The notes under the pieces are model-generated. The model did no database searches, had not been told where the DNA came from, and saw only the letters and a program-made list of their open reading frames with translations. Positions 30,166-39,452 of a stretch of 64,000 nt of DNA are shown one piece after another. Position numbers and translations under genes: made by a program. Position 1 is the stretch's first letter. Every line of letters starts with the position of its first letter. The stretch comes from Candidatus Hodarchaeota archaeon (GTDB lineage Archaea; Asgardarchaeota; Lokiarchaeia; Sigyniarchaeales; SOKP01), in assembly GCA_048886685.1 (NCBI GenBank), contig JBHLKM010000003.1, positions 32,001-96,000 of the forward strand, written 5' to 3'.

Positions 30166-31629
30166 TTAATTAAATATCGGTCTTTTATTTTGCCAGGGCG
30201 CAATATCTTCGAACGCTTTAGAGACTTGTAGAACAGTAACCTCATCATATCTTTTTCCAATTATTTGCATTCCTATCGGTAAACCATCGCTAGACCATCC
30301 ACATGGAATGGTTGCTGCAGGATGACCGCTCATATTGAATGGAAATGTGAATGGGGTCCATTCACCAGGAATAATCTCTACACCGTCTATTTCTTCGGGA
30401 GATTGTTTATTAATATCAAAAGCGGGGCATGCTAAAGTTGGCGTTATTAATATATCATATTTTTTAAAATGTTTATTAATACTGTGATAAATCAATTCTC
30501 TTTGGAATTCAGTATCTTTTATAACCTCTGCAGAGTATTTAAATCCTTTTTTAATCGTCCTAGCTAAATCAGGGTCGATATCCTGTTCATGATCTTTAAT
30601 GAATTGTTTAAAGGCGTATGCAAAACCCGAGGTCCAAAATCGCCATAATGTTATATGTGGGTTTTCAACCTTAATTTGGCCTGAATAGTTTGTAGAAGAA
30701 GATAATAAGCTAATTTCTTTATTTTCCTCTACTAACCAATCAAAGTTTTCGAACTTTTTCACACTATTTAATATACTATCTTTTACTTCTGAGGCAAGGG
30801 CTTTCACAAACCCTAAATCGAATGAATATCCAATCTTAGGGTTATTAGGTTCTTCTTTTAGTTTTTCAAGATAACTGTAGCTTGGTTTTGGTAATGAATG
30901 CCTGTCAATATCATCACTTCCTACCATTGCATCTAACATTAATGCTGCATCTTTCACATATCGAACAATTGGTCCACTTTGTACAAGTGTGGCTAAGCTA
31001 CCTTCCGATTTCAATGCTTCTTGAGGTATTCTTCCATAATTAGGTTTTATTCCAAAAACACCACAAAAACCACTTGGAATTCTAATAGATCCCCCACCAT
31101 CAGACCCTTGTGCTAATGGACTTAATCCAGAAGCAACCGCGGCCGCCGCCCCTCCGCTGGATCCTCCAGAAGTTCTCTCAATATTCCAGGGATTTTTCGT
31201 AGCTCCAAAAATTAGATTGTCGGTAACTCCCTTATAACCGAAAGCAGGAGTGTTAGTTTTACCTAGTATGACAATTCCCGCGTTTTTTAACCTCTTAACT
31301 AATATCGCATCTTTTTTAGGGATATAATTTTTGAATACCTTGCAACCGTAGGTCGTACGAATGCCTTTAGTATCTTTCATATCTTTTATAGAAGTTGGTA
31401 TGCCATGTAATAATCCCAATTTTACCCCTTTTTTTACAGTTTCGTCAGCTTCCCCGGCGAGCGCTCTAGCCAACTCAAAGGTAGGAGTGCAATAGGCATT
31501 TATAATCGGATTTATTTTTTCAATCCTTTCAATTAAAGTTTCTGTGATTTCAAGAGATGGCAATTCTTGCGTTTTTATTTTTTCTCTCATATCGCAAGCA
31601 GACATGAAACAAATATCTTCTTTTCTCAT
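30166..31629 (-). CDS. Amidase signature family protein
   Basis: IKD, GGSSGG and GSDGGGSIRIP. Confidence 0.95.
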   Translation of the reverse strand: MRKEDICFMSACDMREKIKTQELPSLEITETLIERIEKINPIINAYCTPTFELARALAGEADETVKKGVKLGLLHGIPTSIKDMKDTKGIRTTYGCKVFKNYIPKKDAILVKRLKNAGIVILGKTNTPAFGYKGVTDNLIFGATKNPWNIERTSGGSSGGAAAAVASGLSPLAQGSDGGGSIRIPSGFCGVFGIKPNYGRIPQEALKSEGSLATLVQSGPIVRYVKDAALMLDAMVGSDDIDRHSLPKPSYSYLEKLKEEPNNPKIGYSFDLGFVKALASEVKDSILNSVKKFENFDWLVEENKEISLLSSSTNYSGQIKVENPHITLWRFWTSGFAYAFKQFIKDHEQDIDPDLARTIKKGFKYSAEVIKDTEFQRELIYHSINKHFKKYDILITPTLACPAFDINKQSPEEIDGVEIIPGEWTPFTFPFNMSGHPAATIPCGWSSDGLPIGMQIIGKRYDEVTVLQVSKAFEDIAPWQNKRPIFN

Positions 31630-31673
31630 TTTCTCACGAACAAATTTTAAATCTTAGTTTATAATAAGTATAA

Positions 31674-33137
31674 TTAATTAAGTTTAGGTTTTTTATCTTG
31701 CCATGGAGCAATCTCTTCAAATGCTTTTGAAACTTGTAATACTGTTATGTCATCAAGTCTTTTTCCAACAATTTGCATTCCTATAGGTAAACCATCACTC
31801 GACCAACCACATGGGATTGAAGCTGCTGGATGGCCACTCATATTGAATGGATGGGTATAAGGTGACCATGATCCTAAAGGTGCATCTTTCCCTTCAATTT
31901 TAGTAGGGGAAGATATACCTAATTCAAAGGCTGGACACGCTAAAGTTGGAGTTACTAATATATCGTATTCTTTAAAATGATTACAAATATTATCATAGAC
32001 AATTTCTCGTTGAATCTCTGCTAAGTTAATTGTTTCAGGAGAGAATGAATATCCAACTTCAGCCATTTCTACTAACTCGGGATCCATTATTTCTCTGTTT
32101 TTATTAATAGCTGATTTTAGAAAATATCCTAATCCGTATGTCCATAAAACCCACCAAGGCATACTGTAATTTAGTATTTTAACTTTTCCCCTAGCAAGTA
32201 ATTCTTTAGGCGATAATAAATTTATGTTGCTTTTTTCAACAGACCAATCGAATTCCTCAAATTTTTCTACGGCATTTAATACCGATTTTTCAACTTCAGA
32301 ATGGAGAACTTGTAAGTTACCTAAATCTAAAGTGTATCCTATTTTGAGTTGTTTAGGTTTTTCCTTTAGCATTTCATAAAAACTGTAAGTTGGTCTAGGT
32401 AAAGAGTATCGATCTATGTCATCTGCTCCTATTAAAGCGTCTAACATTAATGCGGCATCTTTTACATTCCGAGTTAGAGGACCTTTATTGACAAGTGTGC
32501 CAAGATTTCCTTCTATTTTCATGGAGGTGTGCGGAATCCGTCCAAAACTTGGTTTAATGCCATATAAACCACAAAAGCCACTTGGAATTCTTATAGATCC
32601 GCCGCCATCCGATCCCAAAGTCAAAGGGCCTAATCCTGCAGCTACTGCTGCCGCACCGCCTCCTGTTGAGCCTCCACAGGTCCTTTCTAAGTGCCATGGA
32701 TTTTTTGTTGCTCCAAAAATTAAGTTATCTGTCACCCCCTTGTATCCAAAAGCAGGCAGATTAGTTTTCCCTAGTATAACCACACCAGCTTCTTTTAATC
32801 TTTTGACTGAGATATCATCTTTTACTGAGATGTAATCTTCGAATACTTTGCATCCGCAAGTAGTTCTATATCCTTTAACATCAACATTATCTTTGATAGA
32901 GGTAGGTATACCATGTAATAATCCTAATTTTTCGCCTTTCCTTACTTTTTCATCTGCTTTTTTAGCCATTTCTCTTGCTAATTCGAATGTTGGAGTGCAG
33001 ATTGCATTAATGATTGGATTTACCTTTTCTATTCTCTCTATAATTATTTCAGTTATATCCACTGAAGTTAACTCTTGATTCTTAATTTTGTCCCTCATTT
33101 CCCATGCGGACATAAAACAAATATCATTTTCAACCAT
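31674..33137 (-). CDS. Amidase signature family protein
   Basis: IKD, GGSTGG (variant) and GSDGGGSIRIP. Confidence 0.95.
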   Translation of the reverse strand: MVENDICFMSAWEMRDKIKNQELTSVDITEIIIERIEKVNPIINAICTPTFELAREMAKKADEKVRKGEKLGLLHGIPTSIKDNVDVKGYRTTCGCKVFEDYISVKDDISVKRLKEAGVVILGKTNLPAFGYKGVTDNLIFGATKNPWHLERTCGGSTGGGAAAVAAGLGPLTLGSDGGGSIRIPSGFCGLYGIKPSFGRIPHTSMKIEGNLGTLVNKGPLTRNVKDAALMLDALIGADDIDRYSLPRPTYSFYEMLKEKPKQLKIGYTLDLGNLQVLHSEVEKSVLNAVEKFEEFDWSVEKSNINLLSPKELLARGKVKILNYSMPWWVLWTYGLGYFLKSAINKNREIMDPELVEMAEVGYSFSPETINLAEIQREIVYDNICNHFKEYDILVTPTLACPAFELGISSPTKIEGKDAPLGSWSPYTHPFNMSGHPAASIPCGWSSDGLPIGMQIVGKRLDDITVLQVSKAFEEIAPWQDKKPKLN

Positions 33138-33245
33138 TTTTTCAACCTTGAAATAAATTAGTTTTAAAAATTATACAGATCTTTAATTTATCTTTCTTTA
33201 AAAAGAACTTACTTATCTTTGAGAAGCTTTAAAAATTAAAAAAAA

Positions 33246-34703
33246 TTAGTTGAATTTTGGTTTTTTATCTTGCCAAGGAGCAACTTCTTCAAATGCTTTT
33301 GAAACTTGAAGAACAGTTAATTCATCGAATCTTTTTGCAACTATTTGCATACCAATAGGTAAACCATCACTCGACCAACCACATGGGATTGAGGCTGCTG
33401 GATGACCGCTCGCATTAAATGGATAAGTAAAAGGTAACCAACCTGTAGCTGTCATATTTTTGCCATCAATGATAACTCCTGTTTTCATAGTTTCTTCTTC
33501 GATTACTTCTGATTTACCGTGTTCAAAGGCGGGACACGCTAATGTTGGGGTTACTAAAATATCAAATTTTCTGAATACTTTACATATTTCTTCATAAATC
33601 ATTTCTCTCTGGATTTCTGCAATTTTTATTTCCTTTGTTGAAAATGTATAACCAATATTAATCATATCCACTAGACCAGGATCCATTTTAACTTTTCCCG
33701 TTTCAAAATAAGGTCCAAGAGAATAAGCGAATCCTGAGCACCAAATAGTTAAAAATGTAGATTCCGGATTCCTCAATCTTATTCTGCTTTTTTCAATCGA
33801 CCATCCGAATTCCTCAAATTTTTGAATCCCATTCAAAACAGATTTCTCAACCTCAGGATCAAGAGCTTCTGCAAATCCCAAGTCCAACGAGTATCCTATT
33901 TTTAATTTTGGTGGTTTCTCATCAAGCTTTTCTAAATAACTATAATTTGGCTTTGGAACTGAATATCTGTCAGAATCATCTTGACCAGCTATTATATCTA
34001 ATACTAAAGCAGCATCCTTTACATATCTCACAAGAGGACCTCGATGAACAAATGTACCAAGATAGCCCATTAATTTCATACCACTTTGGGGAACTCGACC
34101 AAAAGTAGATTTAAGACCATAAAGTCCACAAAAACAACTAGGTATCCTAATAGATCCTCCACCATCGGATCCTACACCGATAGGACCTAAACCCGAAGCG
34201 ACAGCACCTGCCGCTCCACCACTAGATCCTCCCGTAGTTCTTTCCAAATTCCATGGATTTTTTGTAACACCAAATATTAAATTATCTGTCTCACCCTTAT
34301 ATCCGAAAGCCGGAGTGTTGGTTTTACCCAAAATCACAATACCAGCATCTCTTAATCTTCTAACAAGAACCTCATCATTCCGAGGTACATTATTTTCAAA
34401 CAATTTACTACCAAAGGTAGTTCTAATTCCCTTTGTTTCAGTTTCATCCTTAATCGAAACTGGAACTCCATGTAATAATCCTAATTTTTCTCCTTTTTTA
34501 ATGGCTTCATCTGCTCTTTTTGCTGTTTCTCGAGCCAAGTCAAATGTAGGTGTACAATATGCGTTTATAATAGGATTAATCTTTTCTATCCTCTCAATAA
34601 TTATTTCAGTTATTTCTTCTGATGTGAGTTCTTGGTTCTTAATTTTATCTGCCATTTCACAAGCAGACATATAACAAATTTCTTCTTTTTTCATATCTAA
34701 CAT
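33246..34703 (-). CDS. Amidase signature family protein
   Basis: IKD, GGSSGG and GSDGGGSIRIP. Confidence 0.95.
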   Translation of the reverse strand: MLDMKKEEICYMSACEMADKIKNQELTSEEITEIIIERIEKINPIINAYCTPTFDLARETAKRADEAIKKGEKLGLLHGVPVSIKDETETKGIRTTFGSKLFENNVPRNDEVLVRRLRDAGIVILGKTNTPAFGYKGETDNLIFGVTKNPWNLERTTGGSSGGAAGAVASGLGPIGVGSDGGGSIRIPSCFCGLYGLKSTFGRVPQSGMKLMGYLGTFVHRGPLVRYVKDAALVLDIIAGQDDSDRYSVPKPNYSYLEKLDEKPPKLKIGYSLDLGFAEALDPEVEKSVLNGIQKFEEFGWSIEKSRIRLRNPESTFLTIWCSGFAYSLGPYFETGKVKMDPGLVDMINIGYTFSTKEIKIAEIQREMIYEEICKVFRKFDILVTPTLACPAFEHGKSEVIEEETMKTGVIIDGKNMTATGWLPFTYPFNASGHPAASIPCGWSSDGLPIGMQIVAKRFDELTVLQVSKAFEEVAPWQDKKPKFN

Positions 34704-34836
34704 AGTTAGGTCATTTAAATGTATGATTCATTTTTATTTTAGATTTTAGACATAATGAATGAATATTTAATATTAATACATGATTTTTTAAATCATATTA
34801 GAAATTTTGTTATACTAATTAAGTTGAGATTAATAA

Positions 34837-35142
34837 ATGTGTGAATTTAAAATTATTAGAAAAAATGACAATTCTCAGATATTAGAGGATGTTGTTATAC
34901 TATCTTACAATGAAAATAATGAATTAATTTTAAAGGATGTTATTGGAATGGGAGAAACACTAGAATCTGCCGTAATTTTAAGTGTTAATACTATTAATCA
35001 AAAATGTGTAGTACTTGAGAATCCATTAATTAAAGATTTTATAAGTTTGATTAATAATTTAAGTGAAAATAAGTCAAGCAAACTTGAAATTGATGTAATT
35101 ATTAGTAAATTGGAAAAAATAAAATCAGAACTCAAATCATAG
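34837..35142 (+). CDS. cooT: CooT-family nickel-binding protein
   Basis: MC start (Cys2), ILEDV...L.L.DVIG pattern. Near cdh genes. Confidence 0.7.
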   Translation: MCEFKIIRKNDNSQILEDVVILSYNENNELILKDVIGMGETLESAVILSVNTINQKCVVLENPLIKDFISLINNLSENKSSKLEIDVIISKLEKIKSELKS

Positions 35143-35189
35143 AAATTGACTTAAACCAATAGTCTTTTTAAAGAAAATATACTTCTTAG

Positions 35190-36056
35190 ATGAATATGGA
35201 AGTTAAATTTTTTGAAGATATAAATGAATTTTATGATTTAGCATATTCATTTCTACTAGAACGAGAAGTTGAAAATGGCCTACAGTTTTCTATTCTTAAC
35301 TCTTTAAAAAAAAATATTAATAGGTACGGTCAAGAAAATCCTTCTCTATGCGCAATATATGAAGATAAAAATCTTAAACTCATCTCTCTAAGAACACCAC
35401 CTTATAATCAGGTGTTATCTTATACAAGTGAGTTGAAAGCAATAGAATTTTTAGTTGAAGCATTACTTAAGCGAAAAATCGAATTACCGGGAGTTTTAGG
35501 ATTTAAGGAAGGAGTAGAAAAATTCATTATGTTATGGTGTAATAAAAGAAGGGTCAAATCTCAAATAATAAGAAATGAAAGAATCTACAAGTTAGAGCAT
35601 GTAGCAGAAGAAACTCTTGGAAAAAATAAAATTATTAAAGCTACAGCTATACATGAAAATATTGTACTCCAATGGGGAAAAGAGTTTATATTGGAAGCTT
35701 TTCCCGATAGAAATCCAGATATGGTTAAACATTCATTAAGTCGACTTAGAGATGATATATACGAGGGAAAAATTTTCTTGCTTTTGGACAATAATAAACC
35801 CGTTTCAATGGCACGGAAGGGAGGAAAAAGCCCCAATGGTGTTGTTATTAATAACGTTTATACGCCTCCTTCATTGAGGAGAAGAGGATATGCAACTGGG
35901 TGTGTTGTAGCATTGAGTAAACATCTTTTGAAAAAGGGATATAAATTTTGTTTCCTATTTACAGACTTGAGTAATCCAACTTCAAATAGTATTTATCAAA
36001 AAATAGGTTTTCGTCCTATAATTGACGTTGATGAATTTCAATTTATAAAGGGTTAA
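35190..36056 (+). CDS. GNAT acetyltransferase
   Basis: VYTPP..RRRGYA and LFTD..NPTSN.IY..IGF motifs. Confidence 0.9.
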   Translation: MNMEVKFFEDINEFYDLAYSFLLEREVENGLQFSILNSLKKNINRYGQENPSLCAIYEDKNLKLISLRTPPYNQVLSYTSELKAIEFLVEALLKRKIELPGVLGFKEGVEKFIMLWCNKRRVKSQIIRNERIYKLEHVAEETLGKNKIIKATAIHENIVLQWGKEFILEAFPDRNPDMVKHSLSRLRDDIYEGKIFLLLDNNKPVSMARKGGKSPNGVVINNVYTPPSLRRRGYATGCVVALSKHLLKKGYKFCFLFTDLSNPTSNSIYQKIGFRPIIDVDEFQFIKG

Positions 36057-36141
36057 ACTTTTTAAAAATAATAAAATAAAAAAAAAGAATCGAGAAAGTC
36101 TCCTGATTTTCTCCTGAATATTTTTAGATTTTTATTAGGTC

Positions 36142-36423
36142 TTATTTTTTTGGCGGAAGAATTTCAATCTCTATGGAAGAGACATTATTATTTGTACCAT
36201 CTGTGTTTGTTATTGATTCTGTATCAATCAATATTTCTCCGTACTTGGCTCCTTTTACAAATTTATTTATTAGGATCTCTGCAACATCAACTGCTCGTGA
36301 AATAGATCGTCCTCGAGCAAGTAATCTTACTGGTTTTTCGTTTAAAACGACCATAGCAGCCATAACATAGTTTATTGATTTCTTTCTGCCAATAAAAACT
36401 TTTGTATCATCTTTTTTAGCCAA
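36142..36423 (-). CDS. albA: Chromatin/nucleic-acid-binding protein Alba
   Basis: VFIG.K...NYV.A, ARG..ISRAVDVAE and VS.IEI motifs. Confidence 0.95.
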   Translation of the reverse strand: MAKKDDTKVFIGRKKSINYVMAAMVVLNEKPVRLLARGRSISRAVDVAEILINKFVKGAKYGEILIDTESITNTDGTNNNVSSIEIEILPPKK

Positions 36424-36774
36424 TTAATACCACCTTTACAATGTTTACGTTAGGAATCACTTATTTACACTTTTACTACGTTTGTGCTCCTTAACTTTGC
36501 TTAGCTTTTGGTAAATTATCAATATGTTGTTAAGTTTATTAGCTTTAGTTAGATTTTAAAATTTATCAATTTATGAATTTTCATAGATTTTTTTTCAAAA
36601 ACCTCTGATATAACGATCTTTAGCATCATAGTTATACAACATTAAAATCTAAATAATATAATGGTAAAACTCTCATTAATTTTCAATTAATAAAAAATAA
36701 TAATAGATTAGTTCAATTTAAGTGAATTATAAAATAATAATAATAAAGCCAACAAATTCAATAATTAATATTAA

Positions 36775-38859
36775 ATGCCCGTAAATATAACTGATTTTTT
36801 GAACAAGCAATCCAATCAATTAAAGAAAAGAGATCTAATTAAATCTCCGAACTTAAAAACAATCTTCAACGTTATTAATCAACATCTATATGGAAAACTA
36901 AAGTATACTGATACAGATACTAGGGCACGTTCGAAACAAATCATAAATCTTTTATTATGTAAGTTAGTGGATGAAGTTTCTAAAAAACCTGAAGAAGAAA
37001 TAGAATTCTGTATTAAAGACGGTGAATCTCCAGAAAACTTATACAGTAGAATCCAAAGATTTTTCGATAAGAATGTTCGACAAAAATACAAAGATATTCT
37101 TGACCAAGATGAACAAATTAAGCTAACCGAAGACCTTGTTTATTTAATCGTAAATGAATTACAGCATATTTCTCTACTTCGATCTTCTAAAGATATATTC
37201 AGTGATGCATTTGAAGTATTTGTTAGTAAAATTCTTAAGGATGAGGCAGGACAGTTTTTTACCCCTCCAAATATAGTGAAATTTATGGTACATTACTTAG
37301 AGCCAGGGCTTGAAACTAAAATTTTAGATCCTGCGTGTGGACATGGAGGATTCCTTCTTGAATGTAAAGATCTCTTATGGGGCAAATGCGAATTAGAAAC
37401 TGACAAAATTAATGCTATCTCTAACTTATATGGTATTGACAAAGATTTATTCTTGGCAAAAATAAGTCGATTATATCTTGATATCTTAAGTAATGGAAAA
37501 TCTAATATATTCTGCGAAGATTCATTGAATCCTAAAAATTTTAGAGCTCCAGCCAAGGAAATTATAAAAAATAACAATTTCGACTTTATTTTTACTAATC
37601 CCCCTTTTGGTGTTAAAATCCCAATTAATGATCATAGAGTTTTAGAAAATTATCAATTAGGCCATACATGGAAAAATGTTAGTGGAAAATGGCAAATGCA
37701 AAACAAAGTGGTAAAGCAGCAATCTCCACAAGTTCTTTTCATTGAACGCTGTGTTCAGTTGCTTAAAGACAGAGGTAAATTAGGGATTGTCTTACCAGAA
37801 GGAATATTTGGAAATCCTTCAGATCGTTATATTTGGGAGTATTTAATTTCTAATGGTCAAATTTTAGGTATCATTTCATTAGACCAGAATACTTTTCAGC
37901 CCTATACTTGCAATAAAACTAGCATCTTATTTTTTCAGAAATTGAAAAATCTTCCAAATGATTATCTAATAGATTTTGCTATTGTTGAGAATGTAGGGCA
38001 CGATAAGGATGGAAAGATTTTATACAAACTTAATAAAGATGGGAGTAAACAATTGGACTCTAATGGAGAAGCAATATTAAATGATGATTTACTTGATCTG
38101 CATTTAAGATTAAACCAAGCAGAGCAATTTAATTATTTGAAAGAACAAAAAATATTCAAAATAAGGTTCAGTCAAATAAAAAACAAAGTTTTTATTCCTC
38201 TCTATTATACAGGGGTAGAAAGAACTTTAAAGAAACTAGCGAATGATGAAAAATTTGAACCTTTATCAATTAAGGAATTAGCTGAAAAAAGGATTATTTA
38301 TACTAATAAAGGAGGTTATTTACCTCGAGGAGATGAAATCGGATCTCATCTGTATGGCTTAGGTGATATTCCCTTTATAAGGACTAGTGAAATTTCAAAT
38401 TGGGAAATAAATTTGGATTCATATAAGAAAACTAGTGAAGAAGTGTATGAACTATATAAAGGAAAACAAAATATTGAACCAGGAGATATTCTACTAGTTA
38501 AAGATGGTGGTCCAAATCTAATTGGTAAAACCGCTTATATCTCTGAAATGGATGTGAAGATAATTATACAAAGTCATATTTTTCAAATAAAAACTTTAGA
38601 AAACAATGAATTCATTGATTCCCATCTTCTATTATATCTATTAAATCTTGATATCGTGCAAAAACAGATTCAAGCGATTACTTTTGTTCAAGGAACTATA
38701 GCCACTATAGGAAATCGAATTATGGAAGTAATTTTGCCATTCCCTAAGGATACATCTAAAAGGAAAGACATCTCGAAATCAATTAAACAAATTATTGACC
38801 AAAAGACAGAAATAAGAACAAAAATCCAGAACCTTTCTTTAAATTCTTTTACAATATAA
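36775..38859 (+). CDS. N-6 adenine DNA methyltransferase (HsdM-like) fused to a C-terminal TRD (HsdS-like)
   Basis: GQFFTP, DPACG.GGF, NPPF and GIVLPEG. C-terminal IPFIR.S.I...GDILL...G..IGK.A. Confidence 0.88.
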   Translation: MPVNITDFLNKQSNQLKKRDLIKSPNLKTIFNVINQHLYGKLKYTDTDTRARSKQIINLLLCKLVDEVSKKPEEEIEFCIKDGESPENLYSRIQRFFDKNVRQKYKDILDQDEQIKLTEDLVYLIVNELQHISLLRSSKDIFSDAFEVFVSKILKDEAGQFFTPPNIVKFMVHYLEPGLETKILDPACGHGGFLLECKDLLWGKCELETDKINAISNLYGIDKDLFLAKISRLYLDILSNGKSNIFCEDSLNPKNFRAPAKEIIKNNNFDFIFTNPPFGVKIPINDHRVLENYQLGHTWKNVSGKWQMQNKVVKQQSPQVLFIERCVQLLKDRGKLGIVLPEGIFGNPSDRYIWEYLISNGQILGIISLDQNTFQPYTCNKTSILFFQKLKNLPNDYLIDFAIVENVGHDKDGKILYKLNKDGSKQLDSNGEAILNDDLLDLHLRLNQAEQFNYLKEQKIFKIRFSQIKNKVFIPLYYTGVERTLKKLANDEKFEPLSIKELAEKRIIYTNKGGYLPRGDEIGSHLYGLGDIPFIRTSEISNWEINLDSYKKTSEEVYELYKGKQNIEPGDILLVKDGGPNLIGKTAYISEMDVKIIIQSHIFQIKTLENNEFIDSHLLLYLLNLDIVQKQIQAITFVQGTIATIGNRIMEVILPFPKDTSKRKDISKSIKQIIDQKTEIRTKIQNLSLNSFTI

Positions 38860-38902
38860 TAATAGAAAAATATTTACGATTTTATACTAATTACTTTTCA
38901 AG

Positions 38903-39340
38903 ATGAAGATTGAAAAATTTTCTATGAACTCATATAATCATGTGTTAAAGTTATGGAAGAAAGCAGGGATTGGTGTTGGATCCTCAGACTCGAAAGAAGA
39001 GATTGAGAGAATGTTAAAGCGAAATCCCAATCTATTCTTAATTGGAAAATTAAAAGGAGAAATTATTGCTGCAGTAATGGGTGGATTTGATGGTAGAAGA
39101 GGGTATGTCCATCATCTTGCTGTAGATCCAATTCATCAAAAAAAGGGATATGGAAAAAAATTGATGGATTATCTAATTAGTCAATTTCGAAGAATTGGTG
39201 TACATAAGATTCATCTATTTATAGAAAAACAGAATCAAGCTGTTGTAGATTTTTATAGTAATTTGAACTGGGAAATTAGAGATGATTTGATTATGATGAG
39301 TTATATACCTGATAAAACTTTGTATAAGATGCGGATCTAA
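38903..39340 (+). CDS. GNAT acetyltransferase (YpeA-like)
   Basis: MGGFDGRRG..HHLAV.P..Q.KG.G and N.....FY motifs. Confidence 0.9.
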   Translation: MKIEKFSMNSYNHVLKLWKKAGIGVGSSDSKEEIERMLKRNPNLFLIGKLKGEIIAAVMGGFDGRRGYVHHLAVDPIHQKKGYGKKLMDYLISQFRRIGVHKIHLFIEKQNQAVVDFYSNLNWEIRDDLIMMSYIPDKTLYKMRI

Positions 39341-39452
39341 GTTAGATTCATATCTTTAAAACTCTGATTTAAAGTACGCTAATCTTAAAGCTTTAAATAT
39401 TATTGAAATGAATACTATTTACATAAATAACATATTTTCAATTTGAAAGAAA

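Noticed and set aside
28698-34703. gatA annotation for the amidases
   Set aside because: No gatB/gatC, four diverged copies, and GSDGGGSIR rather than the GatA-type GSDTGGSIRQP.
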